From the NCBI GenBank assembly GCA_014729275.1, contig WJKE01000102.1, positions 1 through 54,375 of the forward strand: DNA of 54,375 nucleotides, given 5' to 3'. A model generated the notes under the pieces. It was not told the DNA's origin. It was given only the letters and a program-made list of their open reading frames with translations, and did no database searches. Position numbers and translations under genes: made by a program. Source of the DNA: Candidatus Peregrinibacteria bacterium (lineage in GTDB: Bacteria; Patescibacteriota; Gracilibacteria; UBA1369; LOWO2-01-FULL-3). This document shows positions 17,323-26,849 of this stretch, one piece after another. Position 1 is the first letter of the stretch, and every line of letters begins with the position of its first letter.

Positions 17323-18447
17323 ATGACTACCCCAGCGAAATTGATAAAGGAAATTACTTCAGTGGAAGAGCTTCTTAAGCATAAGGATATGCTTTTGAAT
17401 TTGACCCTTCAGAATTTGGATTTGAGGGAAGTGGATGTTGATTGGAAAGACGTGAAGATTGCAAATACAAGTTTTTTGGGATGTGAGATGGATGAGGAAA
17501 CTGAGCTAATTTTGCGTAAGAAGGGTGCGATTATTTATCCGAAATTTGTGGGTCTTCCATATAATCCTTATAGAAAGGATTTGTATACCTGGCAGGAGCT
17601 CATGGATGGCTATACTCCGGAGAATGATGCGAGTCTGGATTTGAAAATTTATAATCACTTTAAGCTGTTTAGGAATTCGGGGGATGTTAATGAGGCGTTG
17701 AGTCAGAGGATTCATGATCATGCGATTGATGATGCGCTTTTGGAGCTAATTGGGCGTGATAAAAGTGGTATGACTAAGAAAAAATGTATTGGTGTTATGG
17801 GTGGTCATTCTATTTTGAGGACTGATGCTTTTTATGAAAAGGTTGCGATTGCGTCTAAGAGGCTAACTGAGGAAGGGTATTTGATTGTTTCGGGTGGAGG
17901 TCCGGGGATTATGGAGGCTTCGAATTTGGGAGCTTATTTTGCGGGAAAACAGGATGATGAACTAATGGAGTCTATTGAAATTTTGAAGGCTGCGCCAAAA
18001 TATACTGATAAGGATTTTGTAGTTAAGTCACAGGAAATTATTGATAAATATCCTGAGGGACAGGAGAATATTGCTATTCCTACATGGTTTTACGGGCATG
18101 AGCCTTCTAATTTGTTTGCCACAAAAATTGCCAAGTATTTTTCGAATGCTATTCGTGAAGATATTTTGCTTGCGATTGCTATTTATGGAATTATTTACGC
18201 GCCCGGTTCTGCAGGAACACTTCAGGAGGTTTTTGCGGATGCAGCGCAAAATCATTATGTGAGTTTTGGTTATGCAAGCCCAATGGTGTTCTTTGGTAGA
18301 AAATTTTGGAGTGAGGATTCCTTTATTTATCAATTGGTAAAACAGCTATCTGAAGGATATAAGTATCATGATATGCTTGCGATTTCTGATGATCCGGATG
18401 AGATTGTGAAATTTATTAAGACGCATCCGCCAGTTCAGGAAGATTAG
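17323..18447 (+). CDS. LOG family nucleotide 5'-monophosphate nucleosidase-like protein (long form, PpnN/YgdH-like)
   Basis: 374 aa. Has GGGPGIMEA and APGSAGTLQE (PGGxGTxxE-type) motifs of the LOG/lysine-decarboxylase-like family, preceded by a ~150-aa N-terminal extension. Confidence 0.65.
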   Translation: MTTPAKLIKEITSVEELLKHKDMLLNLTLQNLDLREVDVDWKDVKIANTSFLGCEMDEETELILRKKGAIIYPKFVGLPYNPYRKDLYTWQELMDGYTPENDASLDLKIYNHFKLFRNSGDVNEALSQRIHDHAIDDALLELIGRDKSGMTKKKCIGVMGGHSILRTDAFYEKVAIASKRLTEEGYLIVSGGGPGIMEASNLGAYFAGKQDDELMESIEILKAAPKYTDKDFVVKSQEIIDKYPEGQENIAIPTWFYGHEPSNLFATKIAKYFSNAIREDILLAIAIYGIIYAPGSAGTLQEVFADAAQNHYVSFGYASPMVFFGRKFWSEDSFIYQLVKQLSEGYKYHDMLAISDDPDEIVKFIKTHPPVQED

Positions 18448-19855
18448 TTTTTTGTATACCGAAGTCTGGTGGCACAAGTCCTCCGTCGCTCCAACGTCTT
18501 TTGTGTTTGGGGTGGGTGTAGTTTTTTGAATATATACGTTCGAGTATTTTTAGAAATCTTTCTTGTTTAATTTTTCTGGTACAAATTCCGGTTTGTTCAC
18601 TTACTTCTTCTGCAATCATATCAATATAATCTTCACTTACTGTTCTAAAAAGACGACAAACTACTGATATTTTGCTAAGTGCTTTAAATATCCTATGGTC
18701 GTTTAAACCCTCATTGTTTTTATTGTTGACCAGGTTGATTTGGATTTCAAAAGTTCTAAGTATAGGATCGTTCTTTGGATCTCCATTAAATGGTACTACG
18801 GTTTCGCCTATAATTTTTGCTGTTTGAAAGTCGTTTCCGGAACAATCATTTGAGGTTTCATCGTATCCTATATTGTTTTCTTGCATATCGCTTTGAACAA
18901 TTTCCGCATAGTCGCCTTCAAAAAATTTTACATTTTCAACATTTAGGTTTTTTGCTCCCAATTCTTGTAAATGTATTGCGAGAAAGGCTAAACAATCTAC
19001 TGCGTCCTCTTTAGTTTTTACTTCAAGTTCAAATCCAATACCGTCTTTCATTACGTCAATCCATTTTTTCTTGGGTTTATTAAGAAGTTTTAGAATACAG
19101 CTTTCTTTACTTTTACCTCTAAATTTTTTTCCTTCAAGAGGTATCCACCTTGAATTTTTTGTGATAATTCCATTTTCTCTTATTCTTTTAAAGCCTTCAT
19201 GATCTTTACGTAATCGGTTAAATAAGAATTCACCTTCGTTATTTAGTCCGTTAAGTTGTTCTTGATTGAATTCCCAAAAGGCTAAAGTAATTTTTGCAAG
19301 GGTGCAGTAAAAAACTGCTGTTATGGGGTGTGATTTATCTTTTGAAATTCCTGTGTTTTTTAGGAAGTCAATTATATCTTTTTCTGAACTAAAATCTTGC
19401 TTATCTTTAAGTTTTGATTTAAGTCCTATGCCAAGATAGTTTTGAAGAAATTCTTTGGCTTGTATAAAACAGTTGCTTAGTTCCTGGAGAACTTTTTTAT
19501 CAAATTCCTCTATGCCTAATGTTTTTAGAGCTAACTTTTTATAGCTTTTGTATTCAACATCATTTGGGGTGTACATTAAGTCAAAAATTGTTACTTCATA
19601 TCCATTAGGGGTAGTGACGGTCCCCTCAGCAGCTTTTACTATTTCCCTCGCTGTTTCTTTTGCTTGTGTGCTTGTGTATGTGACAATTTCAGAAATTATT
19701 CCCATTTCTTCCGGGATTTTTTCGCCCTGTATAGGATAGGGGATAGTCAATGTGCTGAGTGTTGGCTCAGGACAGCTTATTGTACTGTTATCTATGTGTC
19801 GCATTTGAGCATTAATGAAGTGAAAAACATTACAACTTTTTCTTTCTTTTGTCAA
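18416..19855 (-). CDS. hypothetical protein with RelA/SpoT-like (RSH) nucleotidyltransferase-type motifs
   Basis: 479 aa. By-eye matches to the synthetase fold: RGKSKESCILKLLNK (RxKxxxSxxxK), DGIGFELEV (D-x-G-x-R-type strand) and TFEIQINLV (EIQIRT-like). No HMM was run. Confidence 0.4.
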   Translation of the reverse strand: MTKERKSCNVFHFINAQMRHIDNSTISCPEPTLSTLTIPYPIQGEKIPEEMGIISEIVTYTSTQAKETAREIVKAAEGTVTTPNGYEVTIFDLMYTPNDVEYKSYKKLALKTLGIEEFDKKVLQELSNCFIQAKEFLQNYLGIGLKSKLKDKQDFSSEKDIIDFLKNTGISKDKSHPITAVFYCTLAKITLAFWEFNQEQLNGLNNEGEFLFNRLRKDHEGFKRIRENGIITKNSRWIPLEGKKFRGKSKESCILKLLNKPKKKWIDVMKDGIGFELEVKTKEDAVDCLAFLAIHLQELGAKNLNVENVKFFEGDYAEIVQSDMQENNIGYDETSNDCSGNDFQTAKIIGETVVPFNGDPKNDPILRTFEIQINLVNNKNNEGLNDHRIFKALSKISVVCRLFRTVSEDYIDMIAEEVSEQTGICTRKIKQERFLKILERIYSKNYTHPKHKRRWSDGGLVPPDFGIQKTNLPELADAS

Positions 19856-20038
19856 GCGGTCTTGAAGTTGTTTTGCTTTAATGTAATAAAATTATTGGTC
19901 TGTTGACAAGTAAAATTCTGTGGGAAGCCTTATGAGGCATCATTTTTTACGATATATCAATATGAAATTAAGGTAAGCGATTGTATTGGGGTTCTAAAAT
20001 TAAGTAAATTGAAGTTAATAATCTTATTTAATCATCAA

Positions 20039-20893
20039 ATGGTATATCCAATTGAGTTGTCGAATGAGGAGTTAGCGCTTAAGGCCATACAAATGCGGCG
20101 GGATATTGTTGAAATGACTTGTAGTGCCGGGTCCGGGCATCCGGGAGGATCGCTTTCTTCTGTGGAAATTTTAGTGACTCTTTATAATACTGTGTTAAAG
20201 CATGATCCGGATAATGTTAAGTGGGAAGATAGAGATAGAATGATTTTTTGTAAGTGTCATATTACACCTGCGATTTATTCGATTTTGGCGCGCACAGGGT
20301 ATTTTAGCCCGGAGGATTTAATGACTTTTCGAAAATTGGGGTCTGATCTTCAGGGTCATCCTTCACGGTTTCATCCTAGAGGTATTGAAATGTCGGGGGG
20401 AAGTCTTGGGCAGAATTTGTCCGTTGCGACCGGTGTGGCTTTGGGGTTGAAGCATCAAAAAAAGCTGAATCGGGTTTTTGCACTTTCCAGTGAAGGGGAT
20501 CTTCAGGAAGGACAAAGTTGGGAGGCTGTAATGTCTGCAGCTCATTTTAAATTAGGTAACCTTTGTTTATTTGTTGACTATAATAAGCTGCAAATTGATG
20601 GTTATGTGGAAGATGTTATGGGAATTCATCCGCTGGATGAAAAATTTAAGGCGTTTAACTGGAATGTGCAGGTGATTGATGGGCATAAGTTTGATGAAAT
20701 TAGGGATGCTATAAAGAATGCGATTGCTTTTGAGGGGGGGCCGTCAGTGATTATCGCAAATACAATTAAAGGAAAAGGGATATCCTTTATGGAGAATGAG
20801 GCGGGCTGGCACGGGAAGGCCCCTTGTGGTGAAGATATGGAAAAGGCAATTGAGGAGCTTAAACATGAGGAATCTTTATTAACGACCAAATAA
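20039..20893 (+). CDS. transketolase, N-terminal (TPP-binding) subunit
   Basis: The track ORF starts at TTG 20009; the ATG at 20039 is more likely. Has GSGHPGGSLS, GSLGQNL and SEGDLQEGQSWEA motifs of split transketolase subunit A. Confidence 0.9.
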   Translation: MVYPIELSNEELALKAIQMRRDIVEMTCSAGSGHPGGSLSSVEILVTLYNTVLKHDPDNVKWEDRDRMIFCKCHITPAIYSILARTGYFSPEDLMTFRKLGSDLQGHPSRFHPRGIEMSGGSLGQNLSVATGVALGLKHQKKLNRVFALSSEGDLQEGQSWEAVMSAAHFKLGNLCLFVDYNKLQIDGYVEDVMGIHPLDEKFKAFNWNVQVIDGHKFDEIRDAIKNAIAFEGGPSVIIANTIKGKGISFMENEAGWHGKAPCGEDMEKAIEELKHEESLLTTK

Positions 20894-20901
20894 TAAAATA
20901 T

Positions 20902-21852
20902 ATGTCAGAAAGAGAAATGATGTTAACAAGAAAGGGATTTGCAGATGCTTTGATTGAAATAGGCGAGCAGGATGAAAAACTTGTTGTGCTTGATGCAGAT
21001 TTATCTAAGTCGACTTTAACTTCTCTTTTTAAGGAGAGATTTCCGGATAGACATTTTAATGTTGGAATTGCTGAGCAGAATTTGATTAATGTTGCCGGTG
21101 GGCTTTCTTTAACAGGTCTTACACCTTTTGTTTCTACTTATGGTGTGTTTTTGGCTGGAAGGGCATGGGAACAAATTAGAACAAGTGTTTGTTATGGTAA
21201 GTTGAATGTGAAATTTGGTGGAGCGCATGGAGGAATTTCGGTTGGTCCGGATGGAGCGACTCATCAGGCTTTGGAAGAAATTGCAATTATGCGTGTGATC
21301 CCTGAAATGAAAATTTGTGTACCCGCGGATTATTATGAGACAAAGAAAGCTGTAAAGGCTAGTATGGAGATTGATGGTCCTGTATATATAAGATTCGGAC
21401 GCGAAAAGGTGCCAGTAGTTACAAGTGAGGATCATGATTTTGAATTTGGTAAGGCTTATAAGCTTAAAGAAGGAAAGGATGTTAGTGTGATTGCTTGTGG
21501 AACTATGGTTAGCGAGGCTTTAGATGCAGCGGAGGCTCTTAAATCTGAAGGAGTAGATGTTGAAGTAGTTAATCTCCACACTATTAAGCCTATTGACGCC
21601 GATACAATTGTTGAAACTGCCAGGAAAACCGGGTGTATAGTTACTGCTGAAGAGCATCAGAAAAATGGTGGAATGGGATCTGCAGTGATGGAGGTTTTGG
21701 CTCAGAATTATCCGGTTCCTGTTGAAATGGTGGGGATTAATGACACTTTTGGTGAGTCGGGTTCGCCGAGTGAGTTAATGGAAAAATATGGAATTACATC
21801 TAAGAATATTATTGAAATGGTTAAAAAAGTTTTGACCAGAAAAAAATCTTAA
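20902..21852 (+). CDS. transketolase, C-terminal (pyrimidine-binding) subunit
   Basis: 316 aa. Has FNVGIAEQNL and GATHQALEEIAIMR motifs. Lies 8 nt after subunit A. Confidence 0.9.
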   Translation: MSEREMMLTRKGFADALIEIGEQDEKLVVLDADLSKSTLTSLFKERFPDRHFNVGIAEQNLINVAGGLSLTGLTPFVSTYGVFLAGRAWEQIRTSVCYGKLNVKFGGAHGGISVGPDGATHQALEEIAIMRVIPEMKICVPADYYETKKAVKASMEIDGPVYIRFGREKVPVVTSEDHDFEFGKAYKLKEGKDVSVIACGTMVSEALDAAEALKSEGVDVEVVNLHTIKPIDADTIVETARKTGCIVTAEEHQKNGGMGSAVMEVLAQNYPVPVEMVGINDTFGESGSPSELMEKYGITSKNIIEMVKKVLTRKKS

Positions 21853-21862
21853 ATAAAAACAT

Positions 21863-23050
21863 ATGAAGCCCTTTTCAAAAAGAATGCCCCATCTTGGAAC
21901 TGAAAATGCTTTTTCTGTTATTACAAAAGCTAAACAGTTTGAAAAAGAATCGGGGGTGAAGCTTGTATATCTTCAAATTGGTGAGCCCGGATTTGATACT
22001 CCAAAAAATATTAATGATGCGGCAAAAGCTGCAATTGATGATAACCAAACTCACTATACTCCAACTGCGGGAATTCCTGCTCTGCGTGAGGCAATTGCTG
22101 CATATCACACTAAATATAGTGCCGAACCTTATGAAGCTTCTGACACTGTAGTGGTTCCAGGTGGTAAGCCGGTAATGTTTTACATGATAAATGCGTTAAT
22201 TGATGAGGGCGATGAGGTGATTGTGCCAAATCCCTGTTATCCAATTTATGAGTCTGTAACTGAGTATTTGGGAGGAAAAGTTGTGCCTATTGCGCTAAAA
22301 GAAGAAAATGAATTCAATTTTTCTGCTGATGAGCTTGAAAAGTTGATTACTCCAAAAACAAAATTAATTATTTTGAATTCTCCACAGAATCCAACAGGGG
22401 CTGTGTATACTCGTGAATTGTTATGGGATATTGCTGAGTTAGCGAAAAAGCATGATTTGTGGATTCTTTCCGATGAAATTTATGACCAAATGGTACATGA
22501 TGGAGAGCATATTTCTATTACAAGTATTGAAGGTATGCCTGAGAGAACCGTTGTGTTAAACGGTTGTTCAAAAACTTATGCAATGACAGGTTATAGAGTT
22601 GGATGGGCAGTTACCAAAAATGCACAAATGGCTTCTTATATTGAACAATTTGCTTGTAATGATGTTTCTTGTGTGAATGTGCCTGCTCAATATGCTGCTC
22701 TTGAAGCTTTGACAGGTCCTCAGAAGGCGGTTAAGGATATGCTTAAGGCTTACAAAAAAAGGCGTGACCTTATGGTTGGATTAATCAATCAAATATCAGG
22801 AATGCGGTGTCATGCCCCTAAGGGTGCTTTTTATCTTATGGTGAACGTGCGCCAGATTTTGGATAAGTTGGATATTGATGCAGCCGAGCTTTGTGATCGG
22901 ATTATGCGTGAGGCACACGTGCTTGTGCTTCCCGGAACGGTTTTTGGGAAGTTTGGTGATGATTTTATTCGTCTTTCTTATGTTTCTACAGAGGAGCAGA
23001 TTAAAGATGGCTTATCTAAAATAAAGAAATATATTGATAAGATTTATTAA
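21863..23050 (+). CDS. class I/II pyridoxal-phosphate aminotransferase (aspartate/serine-type)
   Basis: 395 aa. Has LNSPQNPTG and the SKTYAMTGYRVGW Lys-PLP region typical of AspC-like aminotransferases. Confidence 0.85.
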   Translation: MKPFSKRMPHLGTENAFSVITKAKQFEKESGVKLVYLQIGEPGFDTPKNINDAAKAAIDDNQTHYTPTAGIPALREAIAAYHTKYSAEPYEASDTVVVPGGKPVMFYMINALIDEGDEVIVPNPCYPIYESVTEYLGGKVVPIALKEENEFNFSADELEKLITPKTKLIILNSPQNPTGAVYTRELLWDIAELAKKHDLWILSDEIYDQMVHDGEHISITSIEGMPERTVVLNGCSKTYAMTGYRVGWAVTKNAQMASYIEQFACNDVSCVNVPAQYAALEALTGPQKAVKDMLKAYKKRRDLMVGLINQISGMRCHAPKGAFYLMVNVRQILDKLDIDAAELCDRIMREAHVLVLPGTVFGKFGDDFIRLSYVSTEEQIKDGLSKIKKYIDKIY

Positions 23051-23059
23051 TTTAAAATT

Positions 23060-24040
23060 ATGAAAATCTATGTTACAAGGAGGATTCCGGAGAAAGGGCT
23101 TGATATGATCCGTGAAAAATTTGGAGAAGTGGATATGAATCCGGATAACAGAGTTTTGTTACATGAGGAGTTGATAGAGAATGTGAAAGGTGCGGATGCT
23201 GTGCTTTGCCAATTGACCGATAAGATTGATGCTGATGTTATGGATAGTGCGGGGCCGAGTTGTAAAATATTTTCGAATTATGCTGTGGGCGTGAATAATA
23301 TAGACTTTGACGCAGCAAATGAGCGTAAAATTATGATAGGCAACACTCCCGGTGTTCTTACCGATGCAACTTCCACCCTTGCAATTTCTTTAATGTTTAG
23401 TGTGGCGAGGCGAATTGTTGAGGCTGACAGGTTTATGCGTGGAGAGAATTTTGAAGGCTGGGATCCCATGCTGCTTCTTGGAAATAAAGTTAGCGGGCAA
23501 ACCCTTGGAATTATTGGTGCAGGTCGAATTGGTGAGGATATTGCCATAAAAATGCACAAAGGTTTTGGTATGAATGTTCTTTATACGGATTTGAATGGAA
23601 ATGAATTTCTTGAGGATAAGACCGGGGCCAAAAAGGTAGATATGGATACTTTATGCAAGGAAAGTGATTATATTTCTGTGAATGTGAATTATTATCCTGA
23701 AACGCATCATTTAATTAATGAAGAACGCCTAAGTTTAATGAAGGAAAATGCAATAATTGTGAATACTGCGCGGGGTCCTGTGGTTGATGAGGAAGCCCTT
23801 GTAAAGGCATTACAGCAAAAATGGATTTTTGGTGCGGGCCTGGATGTTTTTGAAAATGAACCTAAAATGAAGCCGGGACTTAAGGATTTAGATAATGTTG
23901 TTATTGTTCCTCATATAGGTTCTGCTACTTTTGAGGCGAGGACAAAAATGTCGGAAATGGCTGCTCAAAATTTAATTGATGCTTTGGAAGGACGACTTCC
24001 CGAGTTTTTGGTGAATAAAGAGGTTTTTAATGTTAAGTAA
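23060..24040 (+). CDS. D-2-hydroxyacid dehydrogenase (glyoxylate/hydroxypyruvate reductase)
   Basis: 326 aa. NAD-binding GIIGAGRIG and the catalytic region NTARGPVVDE...PHIGSAT. Confidence 0.85.
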   Translation: MKIYVTRRIPEKGLDMIREKFGEVDMNPDNRVLLHEELIENVKGADAVLCQLTDKIDADVMDSAGPSCKIFSNYAVGVNNIDFDAANERKIMIGNTPGVLTDATSTLAISLMFSVARRIVEADRFMRGENFEGWDPMLLLGNKVSGQTLGIIGAGRIGEDIAIKMHKGFGMNVLYTDLNGNEFLEDKTGAKKVDMDTLCKESDYISVNVNYYPETHHLINEERLSLMKENAIIVNTARGPVVDEEALVKALQQKWIFGAGLDVFENEPKMKPGLKDLDNVVIVPHIGSATFEARTKMSEMAAQNLIDALEGRLPEFLVNKEVFNVK

Positions 24041-25256
24041 TAACGAAGAAACTTATATTCAACTTTTTAAGGATTTAATTGATCCTCTTTTTGAGAAAAT
24101 TAGCCCCAGGAATTTAATTAGGGATGCTTTACGGGGAAGGGATTTTTCCAAATATAAAAGAATTTTTGTTATTGGTGCAGGTAAGGCATCTGTGGTTATG
24201 GCTAAGAGTGTTGAAAATTATTTTAATGCTCTTGAGCAAGGCCATATTATATATCCGGATAATCAAAATAAGCTGTGTTTGAAAAAAATTACTGCAACTG
24301 CGGCTTCTCATCCTCTTCCAAATGAGAAAGGCATAGAAGGAAGCCGGAAAATTATGAAAATTGCTGATAAGGCGCAGGCAGGGGATTTGGTTATTAGTTT
24401 GATTTCAGGAGGAGGATCCGCTCTTATGCCGTTACCGGTTGAAGGGCTTGAGTTAAACGAAAAAATTGATTTGAGTAAACAGCTTATACGCTCCGGGGCG
24501 ACTATTAATGAAATTAATGTTGTGAGGAAGCATGTTTCAAAAATAAAGGGCGGGTATTTGGCTAGGGCTGTGTATCCAGCTGATTGTTTAAATTTAGTAA
24601 TTTCTGATGTTGTGGGAGATGATTTGAGTACTATTGCTTCTGGTCCTCTTTCACCTGATCCTTCGAGCAGGGAGGATGCAAAGGAGATTTTAGATAAATA
24701 TAATATTGATCTGCCTGATGTTATGAAGGAAACTCCAAAACCCGGGGATGAGTGTTTTACTAAAGTGGAAACTAAAATTTTGGCGAATCATGAAACCAGT
24801 GCTTTGGCTGCATTTGATTTACTTGAGGATGTGGACAAGGAAATCATTGATACTAATCTGGAAGGTAATGTTAAAGAGGTTGTAGAAAAGATTTTAGGAG
24901 ATTGCACAATAAAGCATAAAATTTATATATATAGCGGAGAAACAACAGTTGAGGTAAAAGGAGACGGCTATGGTGGGAGGAATCAGGAGTTTGTGCTTTT
25001 AGCTTTAAAGGAAATGCGAGATATGAGGAAAAATTTTGTGATTATGTCTTTAGCAACTGATGGGGTTGATGGTTTTTGTCCTGAGGATGTTGCTGGGGCA
25101 GTTGTGGGGCCATCTACAATAAAGAAAAATCCGGAAATTGATAAATATCTTGATAATAATGATTCTTATTCTTACTTTAAAAGTGTGGGGGGGCTTATAA
25201 GGACAGGTTCTACAGGTAATAATTTGGGTGATTTAATGCTTGTTGTTTTGATATAA
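24030..25256 (+). CDS. glycerate 2-kinase (MOFRL / TtuD family)
   Basis: 408 aa. Has VIGAGKAS, ISGGGSALMP, GGRNQEFVL and ATDGVDG motifs. Overlaps the upstream dehydrogenase by 11 nt. Confidence 0.8.
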   Translation: MLSNNEETYIQLFKDLIDPLFEKISPRNLIRDALRGRDFSKYKRIFVIGAGKASVVMAKSVENYFNALEQGHIIYPDNQNKLCLKKITATAASHPLPNEKGIEGSRKIMKIADKAQAGDLVISLISGGGSALMPLPVEGLELNEKIDLSKQLIRSGATINEINVVRKHVSKIKGGYLARAVYPADCLNLVISDVVGDDLSTIASGPLSPDPSSREDAKEILDKYNIDLPDVMKETPKPGDECFTKVETKILANHETSALAAFDLLEDVDKEIIDTNLEGNVKEVVEKILGDCTIKHKIYIYSGETTVEVKGDGYGGRNQEFVLLALKEMRDMRKNFVIMSLATDGVDGFCPEDVAGAVVGPSTIKKNPEIDKYLDNNDSYSYFKSVGGLIRTGSTGNNLGDLMLVVLI

Positions 25257-25316
25257 TCTCTTTACAAATCTTTAAAATAGTTTTAGGGTAGGTTTCCATT
25301 AAATAATTTATTATTA

Positions 25317-26822
25317 ATGAGTGAAAAATATGATGGAATTGAGCTTGGTGGGGGAGTTATAGAGCTTGCTTCAGAGGATATGGAAGCAATATTGGGATTT
25401 GATGAAAATGCCGTTAATGTGAGCTGCGATGAGTTTAGGGCAAAGATTGCTGAGCTTTTTGGAAAGGATGCGATTGAAAATATGGAAGAGGATAATTTGG
25501 TACTTGCTTTAATACGAATGGGAGTGATGGATTTGGATGAAAAGCATGGTATGCCCGTATTTATTTTAAAGAGAGGGGCCTTGAATGAGTTTGTTAGAGT
25601 AATTTTGAATCATTTGAGTGAGGAGGAATTTGAAAGTTTTTTCCCTGAGGAATTTGGAATTGATTTGAGTAGGAAAGCTGTTACTGATGAGGATTTAAGG
25701 TTTTTTGAACAATCTGAGCGCTTGAGGGGATTAAAGCATCTGAATTTATCTTTTTGTAAATTAACAGAAAATGGAGTGCTAAAGCTTTCTAAAATGCAGT
25801 GTTTTTCCGGATTGAAAAGTCTTAATTTAAGTGGAAATAATATTGGGCTTAAGGGAGTGCAGAATCTTTTGTCTTCACCTGTTTTACAGAATTTGGAGGA
25901 GTTATTTTTGTCTAATTGTGGACTTCATAATGTTTATAGTGAGGGTGGGCTTAATTTCCAGAATTTAAGGGATTTGCGCAGCTTGGATTTATCGGATAAT
26001 GATTTGGGGGATTGCGATATTCCGACAATATTTAGCCTGAATACTGTTGGATCTATTAAAACTCTAAATCTTAGAGGAAATAAAATTTCCAAAAGTGTTG
26101 TGTTTTTGGCTAAATGTCCTGCTTTGCAGGGGGTGGAGCAGATGAATTTGAGTGAGAATGATCTTGATACAGACAGTGTTATTACATTTGTAAGATCCGG
26201 TAATCTTGTTGCTTTGAAATCTTTGGATTTGAGCTCGAATCGTATTCTTTCCAGAGCTTTAAGTGAACTGGGCCTACATTTTAAGTCTCAACTTGAGGAA
26301 TTAAAAATTGCTGATAATCAGATTGATTCCATGGGATGTATGATTATTGCGAGTTTGCCGGCATTTTGGGATTTGAAAAGTCTTGATTTAAGTTTTAATC
26401 CTGTTAGGAACGAGGGACTTGAATATCTTTCTTATGCAAAATTTCGAGATGGCTTGAATTCTTTATGTATTAAGCAAAGTGGAATTAGTGATTTGGGTTT
26501 TGTCGCATTTTGTGAAAACGGAAATTTTCCAAGCCTTGAAAATTTGAATGTTTCGAACAGAGCAGATTTAAATAAAGGCAATTATATGAACAGAATCGGG
26601 AAAAACGGTTTTAGAGCTTTGCTTGATGCAGAGGGGTTTCCAAAACTTGAAAGTTTGGATGTTTCTGAAAATTTGATAGATGAAAAAGCATTAGAGATTT
26701 TGGAGTTGGTAGCTTTACGTTACGGTCTTAAATATATTGGGCTCAGAGCCGGGCAACCCGATATTGAAACTTACAACAAATTGAAATATTTAATAGAAAA
26801 GGGCTGCAGTTTTGATTGTTAA
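25317..26822 (+). CDS. leucine-rich repeat protein, ribonuclease-inhibitor (RI/LRR_6) type
   Basis: 501 aa. At least 10 consecutive ~28-aa repeats of the form LKxLNLSxNxIGxxGxxxL (for example LKSLNLSGNNIGLKGVQNLL, LRSLDLSDNDLGDCD, LKSLDLSFNPVRNEGLEYL). Confidence 0.8.
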   Translation: MSEKYDGIELGGGVIELASEDMEAILGFDENAVNVSCDEFRAKIAELFGKDAIENMEEDNLVLALIRMGVMDLDEKHGMPVFILKRGALNEFVRVILNHLSEEEFESFFPEEFGIDLSRKAVTDEDLRFFEQSERLRGLKHLNLSFCKLTENGVLKLSKMQCFSGLKSLNLSGNNIGLKGVQNLLSSPVLQNLEELFLSNCGLHNVYSEGGLNFQNLRDLRSLDLSDNDLGDCDIPTIFSLNTVGSIKTLNLRGNKISKSVVFLAKCPALQGVEQMNLSENDLDTDSVITFVRSGNLVALKSLDLSSNRILSRALSELGLHFKSQLEELKIADNQIDSMGCMIIASLPAFWDLKSLDLSFNPVRNEGLEYLSYAKFRDGLNSLCIKQSGISDLGFVAFCENGNFPSLENLNVSNRADLNKGNYMNRIGKNGFRALLDAEGFPKLESLDVSENLIDEKALEILELVALRYGLKYIGLRAGQPDIETYNKLKYLIEKGCSFDC

Positions 26823-26849
26823 TAAAAATCTTTATTTATTACATTTATT

